DNA from: Candidatus Nezhaarchaeales archaeon
Lineage (GTDB): Archaea; Thermoproteota; Methanomethylicia; Nezhaarchaeales; WYZ-LMO8
Direction of reading: 5' to 3'
DNA length: 45,508 bases
NCBI GenBank assembly: GCA_036786905.1
Contig: DAIQQE010000002.1
Location: 1-45,508 of the forward strand
Both the position numbers and the translations under genes were made by a program. Below the pieces are notes generated by a model, which was given only the letters and a program-made list of their open reading frames with translations, was not told the DNA's origin and ran no database searches. Below, piece by piece: positions 15,301 to 24,582 of the stretch. Each line of letters starts with the position of its first letter. Position 1 is the stretch's first letter.

Positions 15301-16416
15301 ATGAGCTTGAGCCTTCAAGAGATTGTGCAGAGGAACAATCTTTTGCACTGCATTCAATGCGGTATTTGCACTGGCGGTTGCCCCATAACCATCAAAGCGC
15401 CCCTCAACGTCAGGAAGTACATGCGAGAGGCCGCAGTCCTGAGGAAGCTAGAGATTCGCCCCCAGAACGAGCTCTGGGGTTGCACTACGTGCGCTAATTG
15501 CGCTTCTCGATGCCCTAAGCAGTTGAAGCCCTACGAGTTCTTAGTTGACGTCAGGAGCATAGTCGTGGAGAAGGGAGAGGTCGCCCCGACCATCAGAGAC
15601 GCCCTTGAGAGCGTGTACCTAAATGGAAACCCCTGGGGTAGGGCCCGCGGAAAGAGGGTCGAGTGGGCTCGAGACTTGAACGTGAAGCACGTATCTCAAG
15701 GGGCCGACGTCCTGTACTTCGTCGGATGTACCACCTCCTATGACCCGAGGGTCCAGAGCATTGCAAAGAGTCTGGTGAAGTGCTTTAATGCGGCTGGCGT
15801 GGACTTCGGAACCTTGGGTGAGGAGGAGGGTTGTTGTGGAAGCGAAGTATATCACATAGGCGAGAGAGGGCTCTTCGAGTTGCTCGTCGAGGAGAACATG
15901 AAGTTGTTCAGCGGGTACGGCGTCAAGAGGATCGTGACGAACTGTCCTCACGGCTTCGACGTGTTCAAGAATAAGTACCCCTCAACAGACCTCGAGCTGT
16001 GGCACCATAGCCAATTCTTAGCAAAGCTGATCGACGAGGGAAGACTGGTTCTGTCCAAGAGGGTGGAGAAGAAGGTCATCTATCACGATCCCTGCTACCT
16101 GGGCAAGAGAAACAAAGTGTTCGACGAGCCTAGGAAGGTCATAGAGAGCATAAAGGGGGTCACGCTCTTGGAGTTCGACAGGTCTAGGGGGAGGAGCCTG
16201 TGCTGCGAGGGAGGCGGAGGGAGGATGTGGTTCGACGTCCCAGGGCCGCGTCTCGCGGAGTTCCGCGTCAAGGAGGCCGTGGAGGTGGGGGCCGACATCA
16301 TAGCAGTGGCATGCCCCTTCTGCTTGCTCACGATGGAGGACGCCGTCAAGACCACCGGAAACGAAGAAAGGGTCCAAGTGATGGACATAGCTGAGCTGTT
16401 GTCCCTAGCCCTTTAG
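15301..16416 (+). CDS. HdrD/GlpC-like Fe-S oxidoreductase with two CCG (cysteine-rich) domains; soluble
   Basis: N-terminal CIQCGICTGGCP and CTTCANCASRCP. Two CCG-type domains (GCTTSY..CCGSE; HDPCYLGK..CCEGGGG..ACPFC). No hydrophobic span seen. Confidence 0.75.
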   Translation: MSLSLQEIVQRNNLLHCIQCGICTGGCPITIKAPLNVRKYMREAAVLRKLEIRPQNELWGCTTCANCASRCPKQLKPYEFLVDVRSIVVEKGEVAPTIRDALESVYLNGNPWGRARGKRVEWARDLNVKHVSQGADVLYFVGCTTSYDPRVQSIAKSLVKCFNAAGVDFGTLGEEEGCCGSEVYHIGERGLFELLVEENMKLFSGYGVKRIVTNCPHGFDVFKNKYPSTDLELWHHSQFLAKLIDEGRLVLSKRVEKKVIYHDPCYLGKRNKVFDEPRKVIESIKGVTLLEFDRSRGRSLCCEGGGGRMWFDVPGPRLAEFRVKEAVEVGADIIAVACPFCLLTMEDAVKTTGNEERVQVMDIAELLSLAL

Positions 16417-16508
16417 CACGCCCTCGTTGTGGGCTAGGCTGGCCTCTGAGCAGTCGAGCGAGGAGGGGACTGTCGAGGAGAAAAATTGTGCGGAGGATTT
16501 TTGAGGGC

Positions 16509-17495
16509 TTATGCTTTGCCTTCGCGCAACTCGGTGATTTTCTTCTTCAACGCTGGTACTATCTTGAAGAGGTCCTCTACAACGCCGAAGTCTGCATGGC
16601 CGAAAATCGGTGCATTGGGATCTTTGTTCACAGCTATCACGAGCTCAGCGCCCTTAATCCCTACTAGGTGCTGGAAGGCACCGCTTATGCCTAGGGCTAA
16701 GTACACCTTGGGCTTAATCGACTTGCCTGACTGGCCTATCTGCCTGTCAGAGGGCATCCAGCCCTTGTCGACTATTGGCCTCGAGCAACCGACCACGGCA
16801 CCGAGCGCCTGAGCAAGCTCCTCGACCATCGGTATGTTGTTCTTGTCCTTTATGCCCCTGCCTATGCCTATCACCAGAGGAGCCGCTGTGATGTCGATCG
16901 CGCCTGGCGGCGGGGTCACGAGCTCCACGAAGCGCTTCTTGACCTCTGCCGGAGGCTGGTAGGGGAGATCCACCAGTTGGCCGTTTATCGGACGAGGCGG
17001 CTTTTGAACTTTGAAGGCGGCTTGGCGGATGGTCAATATGTAGTTCTTGGCCTTCTTGACTATGACCCTTGCATTTATCTTCCCACCGTACATCTGGCGC
17101 GTGACTACGAGGGTATCGCCTTCGAACTCCACGCTTATGCAGTCCGTCGCCAGTGGCAAGTTCAAGGCTACCGCGAGTCTTGGAGCCAATTCCATGCCTA
17201 TTGACGAGTGGCCTATCATCGTCAACAAGGGGTCCTCTTGCTTGATCAGCTGTGCAAGAGCTCTCTGGTAGTGGTCGGAGACGAAGTTCTCTAGGGCTTC
17301 GTGCTCCACGACGAAGACCTTGTCGGCATACTCGGCCAGCGGCTTCGCCAGCTCCCTTACGTTCTTGCCTAGGATCACCGCCGACAAGGTGGTGTTCAGC
17401 TTGTCGGCCAACTCCCTTCCCTTGGACAGCATCTCGAAAGTTACGTCCCTCAATTGCTGTTGCCTGTGCTCAGCCAAGACCAATATCCCGGCCAT
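16509..17495 (-). CDS. etfA: Electron transfer flavoprotein alpha subunit
   Basis: 328 aa. C-terminal FAD-binding region PKVYLALGISGAFQHLVGIKGAELVIAVNKDPNAPIF. Start abuts the etfB stop. Confidence 0.9.
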   Translation of the reverse strand: MAGILVLAEHRQQQLRDVTFEMLSKGRELADKLNTTLSAVILGKNVRELAKPLAEYADKVFVVEHEALENFVSDHYQRALAQLIKQEDPLLTMIGHSSIGMELAPRLAVALNLPLATDCISVEFEGDTLVVTRQMYGGKINARVIVKKAKNYILTIRQAAFKVQKPPRPINGQLVDLPYQPPAEVKKRFVELVTPPPGAIDITAAPLVIGIGRGIKDKNNIPMVEELAQALGAVVGCSRPIVDKGWMPSDRQIGQSGKSIKPKVYLALGISGAFQHLVGIKGAELVIAVNKDPNAPIFGHADFGVVEDLFKIVPALKKKITELREGKA

Positions 17496-18287
17496 CTAGA
17501 GCAACCCCCTCGACCTCAGTATTTCCAAGATCTTGAGGGCGACCTCATCTGGGCTACCTTTTAAGTACTGGCAGACCTTCTCCGCAGGCGGCACGAAGAG
17601 CTTGTCTATCACGGTCCAAGACCCTGCAACGCCGACTTCGCTCTCGTCTAGGCCTATGTCCTTCAGGCCCAAGACCTTTATCTCCTTCTGCATCGCCCTA
17701 CGTATCCCGAGTATCGATACGTACCTCGGCTCGTTTATGCCCGTCTGGACCGCGAAGAGAGCTGGTAGGTCTACAGCCACAACCTCGATGAGGCCCCCTT
17801 CGAGCTCTCTGTGGACCACGGCCGCGCTCTTTTCCTTGATCTCGATCTTCTTAACCATGGTCGCGTGCGGGATGTTGAGTAGCTCTGCCAGCACAGGGCC
17901 CACGACGGCGCTCCCGTCGTCCTCCGTCTGGACGCCCGTCAAGATTATGTCGAACCGCATGTTCTTTATGACCTTAGACAAAGCCTTGGCGACGACGTAG
18001 GGATCGGAGCCGACGAGCTTGGGGTCGTAGATTCTTATCGCTTGGTCGGCCCCTCGCGCGAGGCACTTTCGCAAAGTGCTGTTGGCCTCTTCCGGGCCCA
18101 CCGTTATGACGGTCACGGTGCCGCCGAACTTCTCCTTTATGCGTACGGCCTCTTCGACGGCATAATCGTCCCACTCATTGATGTCGTAGACCAAGCCGTG
18201 CTTCTCTATGTCCTTGCCTGTAGAGTCTATCCTCACCTCGGCCTCAGCGCACTTCGGGACGTGCTTAACGCAAACTATTATGTTCAT
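17496..18287 (-). CDS. etfB: Electron transfer flavoprotein beta subunit
   Basis: MNIIVCVKHVP... typical EtfB N-terminus, 263 aa, immediately upstream of etfA. Confidence 0.9.
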   Translation of the reverse strand: MNIIVCVKHVPKCAEAEVRIDSTGKDIEKHGLVYDINEWDDYAVEEAVRIKEKFGGTVTVITVGPEEANSTLRKCLARGADQAIRIYDPKLVGSDPYVVAKALSKVIKNMRFDIILTGVQTEDDGSAVVGPVLAELLNIPHATMVKKIEIKEKSAAVVHRELEGGLIEVVAVDLPALFAVQTGINEPRYVSILGIRRAMQKEIKVLGLKDIGLDESEVGVAGSWTVIDKLFVPPAEKVCQYLKGSPDEVALKILEILRSRGLL

Positions 18288-18307
18288 TATTCATCGCCTT
18301 CAGAGGT

Positions 18308-18315
18308 CTTTAAAG
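18308..18315 (-). promoter_or_regulatory. TATA-box candidate for etfBA (leaderless)
   Basis: Palindromic CTTTAAAG 21-28 nt upstream of the etfB ATG at 18287. Confidence 0.45.
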
Positions 18316-18428
18316 TCGATATAGTCTCGCACAAGGCCACTTTATAAGTCTTCATCAGCCAGCCCTTTGCGAGCCACGCTTCGCCGGAGGGCCTGTCGAT
18401 TTGAGGGAGGGCCTCGGAAAGGCGCTAC

Positions 18429-19457
18429 TCATCCTGTAGAGTTCGCGAAGAAGAGGTCCGTAATGGCTTTCCTCACAGCATCGGCCGCGTTGGCGTCTAC
18501 GACTTGGTAGATAGCCTTGCCCTTCACGACCTTCCTATCTACGATCCCAAGTCTGACCAAGAAGTTCAAATGGGCAAGGGTCTCTCCGAAGGCCAGCCAC
18601 CTGTAGAGGACTGACGAGCGCCCCCATAAGGGATGTCGCGCCCTCCACTTCACCTTTGACGAGATCCAATACGCGTCGCCGCCCCGATGTTTCAATATCC
18701 CCACAATTTCGAGGAGCCTCTCTTCGTGGTGGTCGACGAGCTTCTGTATCCTCCCCCTAAGGTCTTTGAAGGGGCTGCCGTGTCCCGGGAGCACGATGAT
18801 GGGGTCGAGCCCACATAACCTCTTGAGGCTTAAGAGATACGCGCTCAAGGCGTCCTCTTCGTAGCTCCACGACGATATGTTCGGAGTTATGTCACTTAAG
18901 ACGTGGTCCCCGCTAAATAGCACTCCTTTATTTTGGTCGTGGAAGCAGACGTGCCCTCGTGTGTGGCCCGGCGTCTCAACGCACTTAAGCTTGCAGTCGC
19001 CGAGCTCCAAGACCTCTCCATCTCTCAAGGGCACTAGCTCTGGAGCTTTCTTAAAGTAGGCCCCCCATGTCAGCTTGATGACGTTCCTAGCCAATATCTC
19101 CGGAAAGCCGTTTTCTACGGCAAAGGCCAGCACCTCTCTTGCTCGGCCCTCACCAGACGTTAACTCCCTCAGCTCATTATAGCCCACGTATACTTTGGAG
19201 GCCGACGCGAGCTTTTGTGCCGCACCTATGTGATCCCTGTGCGCGTGCGTTGCGATGAACAGGCACCTATCAAGCCTCACGTCCAATCTCTTCATGTTCC
19301 TGCGCAATGCCGCGATACTTAAGAAGAAGTCAGGCCCGGCATCTATCACCGCGTCTTCGCCACCTGACTTTATCACGTAGGTGTTTACGTAGTCGACTAA
19401 GCCGATTAGCGGCGTCTTCACGATAAACAAGGCGGAGAGGCCTCGGGAGATGGCCAT
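18429..19457 (-). CDS. MBL-fold metallo-hydrolase with a C-terminal winged-helix-like domain
   Basis: THAHRDHIG (HxHxDH), GHTRGH and a later GH/HH pair typical of the metallo-beta-lactamase fold. C-terminal about 80 aa (WLAFGETLAHLNFLVRLGIVDRKVVKGKAIYQV) looks wHTH-like. Confidence 0.8.
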   Translation of the reverse strand: MAISRGLSALFIVKTPLIGLVDYVNTYVIKSGGEDAVIDAGPDFFLSIAALRRNMKRLDVRLDRCLFIATHAHRDHIGAAQKLASASKVYVGYNELRELTSGEGRAREVLAFAVENGFPEILARNVIKLTWGAYFKKAPELVPLRDGEVLELGDCKLKCVETPGHTRGHVCFHDQNKGVLFSGDHVLSDITPNISSWSYEEDALSAYLLSLKRLCGLDPIIVLPGHGSPFKDLRGRIQKLVDHHEERLLEIVGILKHRGGDAYWISSKVKWRARHPLWGRSSVLYRWLAFGETLAHLNFLVRLGIVDRKVVKGKAIYQVVDANAADAVRKAITDLFFANSTG

Positions 19458-19550
19458 AGCCCATCGACGTCAAATCCTTCACAAACCTTGTACTGAGCCA
19501 TCCCGGAGCATTTGAGGGTTTGAGCTCTTCGACCATCTCGGCTCTCGCTC

Positions 19551-19557
19551 AAAAAAG
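19551..19557 (-). terminator. Oligo-T terminator candidate after the DUF35 gene
   Basis: A7 on the + strand is T7 on the - strand, 35 nt downstream of the stop at 19592. Confidence 0.3.
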
Positions 19558-19591
19558 AGGGAAGGGGAAAACCACGCGATATAGCCGGGCG

Positions 19592-20035
19592 TTAGGACTG
19601 CTCGGGCTTCGTGAAGACGTAGATAGGGTTTCCATCTTTCTCTATGACAGTTAGCTTAGCCTGCATGCCTACCTTGATCTCAAAGGGCTTGAATCCTACT
19701 AGCCATGCCAAGACCCGCACGCCCTCTCTCAGCCTGCCGATCGCCACAGTGTAGGGCTTTTCGTCTTGGAATGTCAAAGGCCTCACCACTACGTGAGTGA
19801 AAGCCTCAATTGTGGCTTCGTTGCTTAGCTCAATCCACTCCATGTCTGACGACAGGCACTCCCCGCAGTCCGCGGCCGGTGGGAAGTAGATCGTGCCGCA
19901 CTTCTTGCACTTCGTTGCCAAGACCTTTCCCTGCTTGAGGCCCTCCCAGAAGGGCAAGGTTTTGCTTATTGGGACGTCCTGCGATACCGTTATGGGCCTT
20001 GTCTTTATGGTCGGGAGCGAGGACAAGGCCCTCAC
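19592..20035 (-). CDS. DUF35 OB-fold/zinc-ribbon protein (thiolase-associated scaffold)
   Basis: Zn-ribbon CKKCGTIYFPPAADCGEC followed by an OB-fold region. GTG start overlaps the stop of the upstream thiolase (GTGA), the usual arrangement for this pair. Confidence 0.8.
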   Translation of the reverse strand: MRALSSLPTIKTRPITVSQDVPISKTLPFWEGLKQGKVLATKCKKCGTIYFPPAADCGECLSSDMEWIELSNEATIEAFTHVVVRPLTFQDEKPYTVAIGRLREGVRVLAWLVGFKPFEIKVGMQAKLTVIEKDGNPIYVFTKPEQS

Positions 20036-21210
20036 CTCCTCAATATCGTGACGTAGCAGTAGTGGCCAGTGCCGCCGACGTTGTGGGCCAAGGCTATGTA
20101 GTTCTTAAACGGCACTTGCCTGCTAGGCTCTTTGGCCTCTCCCCTCAATTGCTTCACCAGCTCATAGATCATGCCGACGCCCGTGGCGCCTATGGGGTGG
20201 CCCTTGGCCTTCAGACCTCCGTCGATGTTCACCGGGATCTTCCCGCCTATCTCCGTTTGCCCCTCTCTAACTAGCTTGGCCCCCTCACCCTTCTGGCAGA
20301 ACCCGAGATCCTCGTAGGCCATTATCTCGGCTATCGTGAAGCAGTCGTGAACCAACGCCAGCTCTATCTGGTTCGGCGTGACCCCAGCCATCTTGTAGGC
20401 CTGTTGGGCTGCCCTTACCGTCGACTCCAGCCCCACGTAGTCCTTCCTCTTGCTGAGATTTGCCGTGCCAGAGGAGTACCCTAAGCCCGCGACCCATACA
20501 GGGGTCTCGATCTTGAGCTCTTTGACCTTTTCCTCAGAGGCTAAGATGGCCGCAGCAGCGCCGTCGCTTATCGGACAACAGTCGTACAGCTTCAAAGGCC
20601 AAGCGATTACCGGAGACCTCAGCGCTTCCTCGACGGTTATCCTACTCCTAAGGTGGGCCACCGGGTTCATGGAGGCGTACTTGTGGTTCTTGACCGCTAC
20701 TAGAGCCAAATCCTCCTCAGTCGTACCGTACTTCGCCATGTGTGCCGTGGCATGTATGGCATAGTAGCCGGGGAAGGTAAGGCCGAAGTTGTGGAACTCC
20801 CACAGGTAGTAGCCTGAGCGGCCAATGAACTCGACCATCGTCGGAGTGTCTACCTGTCTCATCTTCTCGACGCCTAGGGCCACTGCTACGTCCACTTGGC
20901 CGCTCGCCACGGCCCAATAGGCCATCGCGAAGGCGGCGCTCCCAGTCGCACAAGCAGCCTCGCAACGCGCAAGACCCGCGCCGGTCAAGCCACAGTACTC
21001 TGCTATGACGACTGCCGGGAGGTTCTCTTCGTACCACGCCCCAGCTCCTGCGCTGCCCACGGCCACGAACTCTATGTCTTTTGGCGATATCCCCGCGTCC
21101 TCCACCGCTGGCTTGAAGGCCTCGAAGGCTATTTCTGATACCGTGACGTCGTTCCTAGCGCCGTACTTGGCGCACCCGACGCCGATGACCGCCACTTTCC
21201 TCAAGGCCAT
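20032..21210 (-). CDS. Thiolase, SCP-x/archaeal acetoacetyl-CoA thiolase type
   Basis: 392 aa. VIGVGCAKYG, EAACATGSAAF (active-site Cys), GHPIGATG, NVGGTG motifs. Paired with DUF35. Confidence 0.85.
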   Translation of the reverse strand: MALRKVAVIGVGCAKYGARNDVTVSEIAFEAFKPAVEDAGISPKDIEFVAVGSAGAGAWYEENLPAVVIAEYCGLTGAGLARCEAACATGSAAFAMAYWAVASGQVDVAVALGVEKMRQVDTPTMVEFIGRSGYYLWEFHNFGLTFPGYYAIHATAHMAKYGTTEEDLALVAVKNHKYASMNPVAHLRSRITVEEALRSPVIAWPLKLYDCCPISDGAAAAILASEEKVKELKIETPVWVAGLGYSSGTANLSKRKDYVGLESTVRAAQQAYKMAGVTPNQIELALVHDCFTIAEIMAYEDLGFCQKGEGAKLVREGQTEIGGKIPVNIDGGLKAKGHPIGATGVGMIYELVKQLRGEAKEPSRQVPFKNYIALAHNVGGTGHYCYVTILRR

Positions 21211-21224
21211 TGTACCCTCCCTAT

Positions 21225-22013
21225 TTACCTCCCCTTGAACTGAGGCTTCCTCCTAGTCATGAAGGCTTCTATGCCTTCCTTCAAGTCCTCAGTCGAGAAC
21301 GTCAAGCCCATAAAGGCTGACTCGATGCGCAGACCCGCCTCCAGAGGTGCTTGAGACCCGAAGTTTATGGCGAGTTTGGCGTACCTCACGGCTATCGGCG
21401 GGAGCTCGCAGAGCTTTTTAGCCAGCTTGCGGGCTTCGTCCCTCAAGTCGTCGTACGGCACGACCTTGTGGACCAAGCCTATCTTCAAGGCCTCATCGGC
21501 TCTGATCCTCTCCCCGAGCATTACAAGCTCTTTAGCCTTCGCGATGCCGACTACCCTCGCAAGTCTTTGAGTGCCACCCCAGCCAGGTATGAGGCCCAAG
21601 TTTATCTCTGGTTGTCCGAGCTCCGCGTGCTCAGCCGCTATCCTGAAGTCACATGCGAGCGCAAGCTCGAGGCCTCCTCCTAGGGCAAAGCCGTTTATCG
21701 CGGCTATCACAGGCTTGCTCATCCTCTCGATGAAGCCGAAGACCTCTTGACCGTACCTGGAGAAGGCCTCGGCCGTGACCGGAGTGGCCTTGGGGAAAGC
21801 GGTTATGTCAGCCCCCGCGCTAAAGGCCCTGTCCCCCTCGCCAGTGATCACCACGCACCTTATCGATGGATCCCTCTCAGCTGTCATCAATGCGTCGTAG
21901 AGCTCCTCCATCATCACGTCGTTGAAGGCGTTGAGCCTGTGAGGACGGTTTAGAGTGATCCATAAGATGTCTTCGTCCCTTTCAACCTTTATAGTCTCGT
22001 ACATCTTACTCAT
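21225..22013 (-). CDS. Enoyl-CoA hydratase (crotonase family)
   Basis: ITLNRPHRLNAF, GEGDRAFSAGADI, INGFALGGGLELALACD motifs. ATG 22013 (MSKMYETIKV) preferred over GTG 22022. Confidence 0.85.
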   Translation of the reverse strand: MSKMYETIKVERDEDILWITLNRPHRLNAFNDVMMEELYDALMTAERDPSIRCVVITGEGDRAFSAGADITAFPKATPVTAEAFSRYGQEVFGFIERMSKPVIAAINGFALGGGLELALACDFRIAAEHAELGQPEINLGLIPGWGGTQRLARVVGIAKAKELVMLGERIRADEALKIGLVHKVVPYDDLRDEARKLAKKLCELPPIAVRYAKLAINFGSQAPLEAGLRIESAFMGLTFSTEDLKEGIEAFMTRRKPQFKGR

Positions 22014-22083
22014 ACGACCCACCAGACGCGCTTCTTCAGAGGAAGAGGTGATGTAGAAAAGCTAAAAAAACTTTTGGAGGCTC

Positions 22084-23277
22084 CTAGTAAAACCTCGTCA
22101 GGTATTGTAAAATCGTAAGCAACTGGATTTCGCTCGTGCCCTCGTATATCTCCGTTATCTTGGCGTCTCTGTGGTACTTCTCAACGCGGTACTCACCCAT
22201 GTAGCCGTATCCACCTAGGGTCTGGATGGCGAAGTCCGTGGCCTCTACGGCGACCCTGCTCGCATACAGCTTGGCCATCGAAGTCATTAGCGGCATCATG
22301 GGATCGACCTTCCTCTCACCGCTCTTCTTAATTTGCTCGCGCACTCTATCTACGTACCAAGCGGCTTTGTACGTCAAGAGCCTGGCGGCCTCTATCTTCG
22401 TGGCCAGCTCAGCCAATCTACAGCCTATTAGCTGGTGCTGAATTATCGGCACTCCAAAGGTAGTCCTCTGCTTCGCGTACTTGAAGGCTATCTCCCATGC
22501 CCCTTGCGCCATGCCCACGGCCTGGGCCGCTACAGCGACCCTGGATGCGTCCAAGAACTCTATCGTGTGATAGAAACCTCTGTTTAACTGTCCAACTATG
22601 TTCCAGTCCGTCACCTTGACGTTGTCAAGCTTGACTTCGCCCGTCACCGAGCACCTTATTCCCATCTTGTTGTGGAGCTTCGTCACCTCCAGACCCGGAG
22701 TCCCCTTGTCGATTACGAAAAGCGTCTGACCTCGATAGGTAGGCCTGACCTTCGTGTCCGTTTGAGCGAGGACTATCACGAAATCCGCTATTGGAGCGTT
22801 CGTTATGAAGGTCTTGGTCCCGTTGATCCACCACTCATCTCCGTACTTAGTGGCCACAGTGTCTAGCCTAGTTATGTCGCTCCCGTGGTTGGGCTCCGTA
22901 AAGGCCGCCGCGGATATGTACTCGCCCTTGCAGAGCTTGGGCAAGTACTTCTCCTTCTGTTCTTCAGTCCCGTACTCCAAGATTAGGTCGCTGCCGAAGA
23001 CCCCTGCCATGATCGCCACTCCTAGCGACGAGTCGGCCCTGCACATCTCCTCTACAACGAGGCACGCCTCTAGAGTTCCGTATCCCTGCCCGCCGTACTC
23101 AGGCGGGAAGGCTATGCAGGTGAAGCCCAGTTGAGCGGCCTTCTTGTAGAGCTCTAGTGGAAACTCCTCGTTCTTGTCAAGCTCTAGCGCCAGCTCTGGC
23201 TTAAACTCCTTCTCGCAGAACTCTCTGACGGCCCTCTTTATCTCAAGCTGTTCTTCAGTCAACTGGAAGTCTACCAT
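22084..23277 (-). CDS. Acyl-CoA dehydrogenase
   Basis: 397 aa. TEPNHGSD, WINGTKTFITNA, and C-terminal catalytic region QTLGGYGYMGEYRVEKYHRDAKITEIYEGTSEIQ. Confidence 0.9.
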   Translation of the reverse strand: MVDFQLTEEQLEIKRAVREFCEKEFKPELALELDKNEEFPLELYKKAAQLGFTCIAFPPEYGGQGYGTLEACLVVEEMCRADSSLGVAIMAGVFGSDLILEYGTEEQKEKYLPKLCKGEYISAAAFTEPNHGSDITRLDTVATKYGDEWWINGTKTFITNAPIADFVIVLAQTDTKVRPTYRGQTLFVIDKGTPGLEVTKLHNKMGIRCSVTGEVKLDNVKVTDWNIVGQLNRGFYHTIEFLDASRVAVAAQAVGMAQGAWEIAFKYAKQRTTFGVPIIQHQLIGCRLAELATKIEAARLLTYKAAWYVDRVREQIKKSGERKVDPMMPLMTSMAKLYASRVAVEATDFAIQTLGGYGYMGEYRVEKYHRDAKITEIYEGTSEIQLLTILQYLTRFY

Positions 23278-23348
23278 AGATTTGTCCCCACCCGCTCAAA
23301 CTTAGGATGAAATTAAAACGCATTTAATAGTTGTCACGGGCCTAACGT

Positions 23349-24554
23349 CTAGTAAGTGTAGAAGCCCCTCTTGGTCTTCTTCCCCAGCCAGCCCTTCTTA
23401 ACGTAGTCCTCCAGCAGCGGGCAAGGCTTGTAGAACTCCATCTTGTACTTGTCGTAAAGGGACTTTAGTTTTCCGTATATCACGTCTATGCCCTTCTTGT
23501 CAGCGTACTCGCATGGACCTGATGGCCAGCCGGTCCCCAACTTCATCCCAGTGTCTATGTCCGCCGGAGTTGCCACGTCCTCATAGACTAGCCAGGCTGC
23601 CTCATTGACGGCGACGGCCCAAGACCTGTCGACGTCGTATTGACCGGCTAGGGCAAACGGTATGGCCGGCCTCCCCTTAGACCAGTCGTAAAAGCCAGCT
23701 CCCGTCTTCTGCCCCAACTTGCCGGACCTTATGAGGGGCTCAATTACCTCTGGGCACGGCTTGAAGCGGTCGCCGTAGGCCTCATACATGACCCTGCCTG
23801 TCTCGGCGACTATATCCAAGCCCACGAAGTCCGCGAGCTCAAACCAGCCCATGGGGAAGCCCCCTTCGTACTTGATCGAGGCATCGATGGCCTCCTTCGT
23901 GGCCTCTCCGCGGTACAAGGCCCAGAAGGCCTCGACGAACACTGTGCCCAGCACTCTATTGACCACGAAGCCTCTCACGTCCTTCTTGACGACTATCGGG
24001 GTCTTCCCTATCTTCTTGCTTACGCTCACCAATATGTTAATGGTCTCGTCGCTCGTCCCCTCGCCCTTTATGACCTCGACCAACGGCATCATCTGGGGCG
24101 GGTTGAAGAAGTGCAACCCAGCCACTTTGTCGGGCCTATTCGTCGCCTTCGCCATTTCTGTTATGCTGAGGGTCGACGTGTTCGAGGTCAGGATTGCGTG
24201 TGGAGGTGCCAGTTGATCTAGTCGAGCGAAGACCTTCTTCTTGAGGTCCATGTTTTCGGGGACGCACTCAATCGCTAAGTCGATGTCCTTGGCGGCCACC
24301 TCATAGCTCAAAGTGGTATTTATCCTAGCTAGGATCTTGCCGACATCCTCTTGCCTTATGCGCCTCTTCTCCGCGAACTTGTTGAGGCTCCACTTGATCT
24401 TCTCCATGGCGCTTTTGAGGATCTCGTCCTTGATGTCTAGCATGCTGACCTCGTAGCCAGCCATAGCGAAAATTTGTGCTATGCCGTGCCCCATGGCCCC
24501 CGCTCCGATGACGGCTATCTTCTTTATAGACTCGGCCAAAACCACTCCCCCCAT
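23349..24554 (-). CDS. 3-hydroxyacyl-CoA dehydrogenase (NAD-binding plus duplicated C-terminal domain)
   Basis: KIAVIGAGAMGHGIAQ Rossmann motif, SNTSTLSITE, HFFNPP motifs. 401 aa. Confidence 0.85.
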   Translation of the reverse strand: MGGVVLAESIKKIAVIGAGAMGHGIAQIFAMAGYEVSMLDIKDEILKSAMEKIKWSLNKFAEKRRIRQEDVGKILARINTTLSYEVAAKDIDLAIECVPENMDLKKKVFARLDQLAPPHAILTSNTSTLSITEMAKATNRPDKVAGLHFFNPPQMMPLVEVIKGEGTSDETINILVSVSKKIGKTPIVVKKDVRGFVVNRVLGTVFVEAFWALYRGEATKEAIDASIKYEGGFPMGWFELADFVGLDIVAETGRVMYEAYGDRFKPCPEVIEPLIRSGKLGQKTGAGFYDWSKGRPAIPFALAGQYDVDRSWAVAVNEAAWLVYEDVATPADIDTGMKLGTGWPSGPCEYADKKGIDVIYGKLKSLYDKYKMEFYKPCPLLEDYVKKGWLGKKTKRGFYTY

Positions 24555-24572
24555 AGTGGGGTAATGGTGCTC

Positions 24573-24582
24573 GTTTTATAAG
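24573..24582 (-). promoter_or_regulatory. TATA-box candidate for the beta-oxidation operon (leaderless)
   Basis: The - strand reads CTTATAAAAC, 19-28 nt upstream of the ATG at 24554. Confidence 0.45.

Noticed and set aside
18288-18370. C/D-like arrangement on the - strand (CTGATGA ... CTGA)
   Set aside because: The box spacing is 48 nt with no C'/D' boxes and no terminal stem. The region is the etfB promoter with two TATA-like elements.
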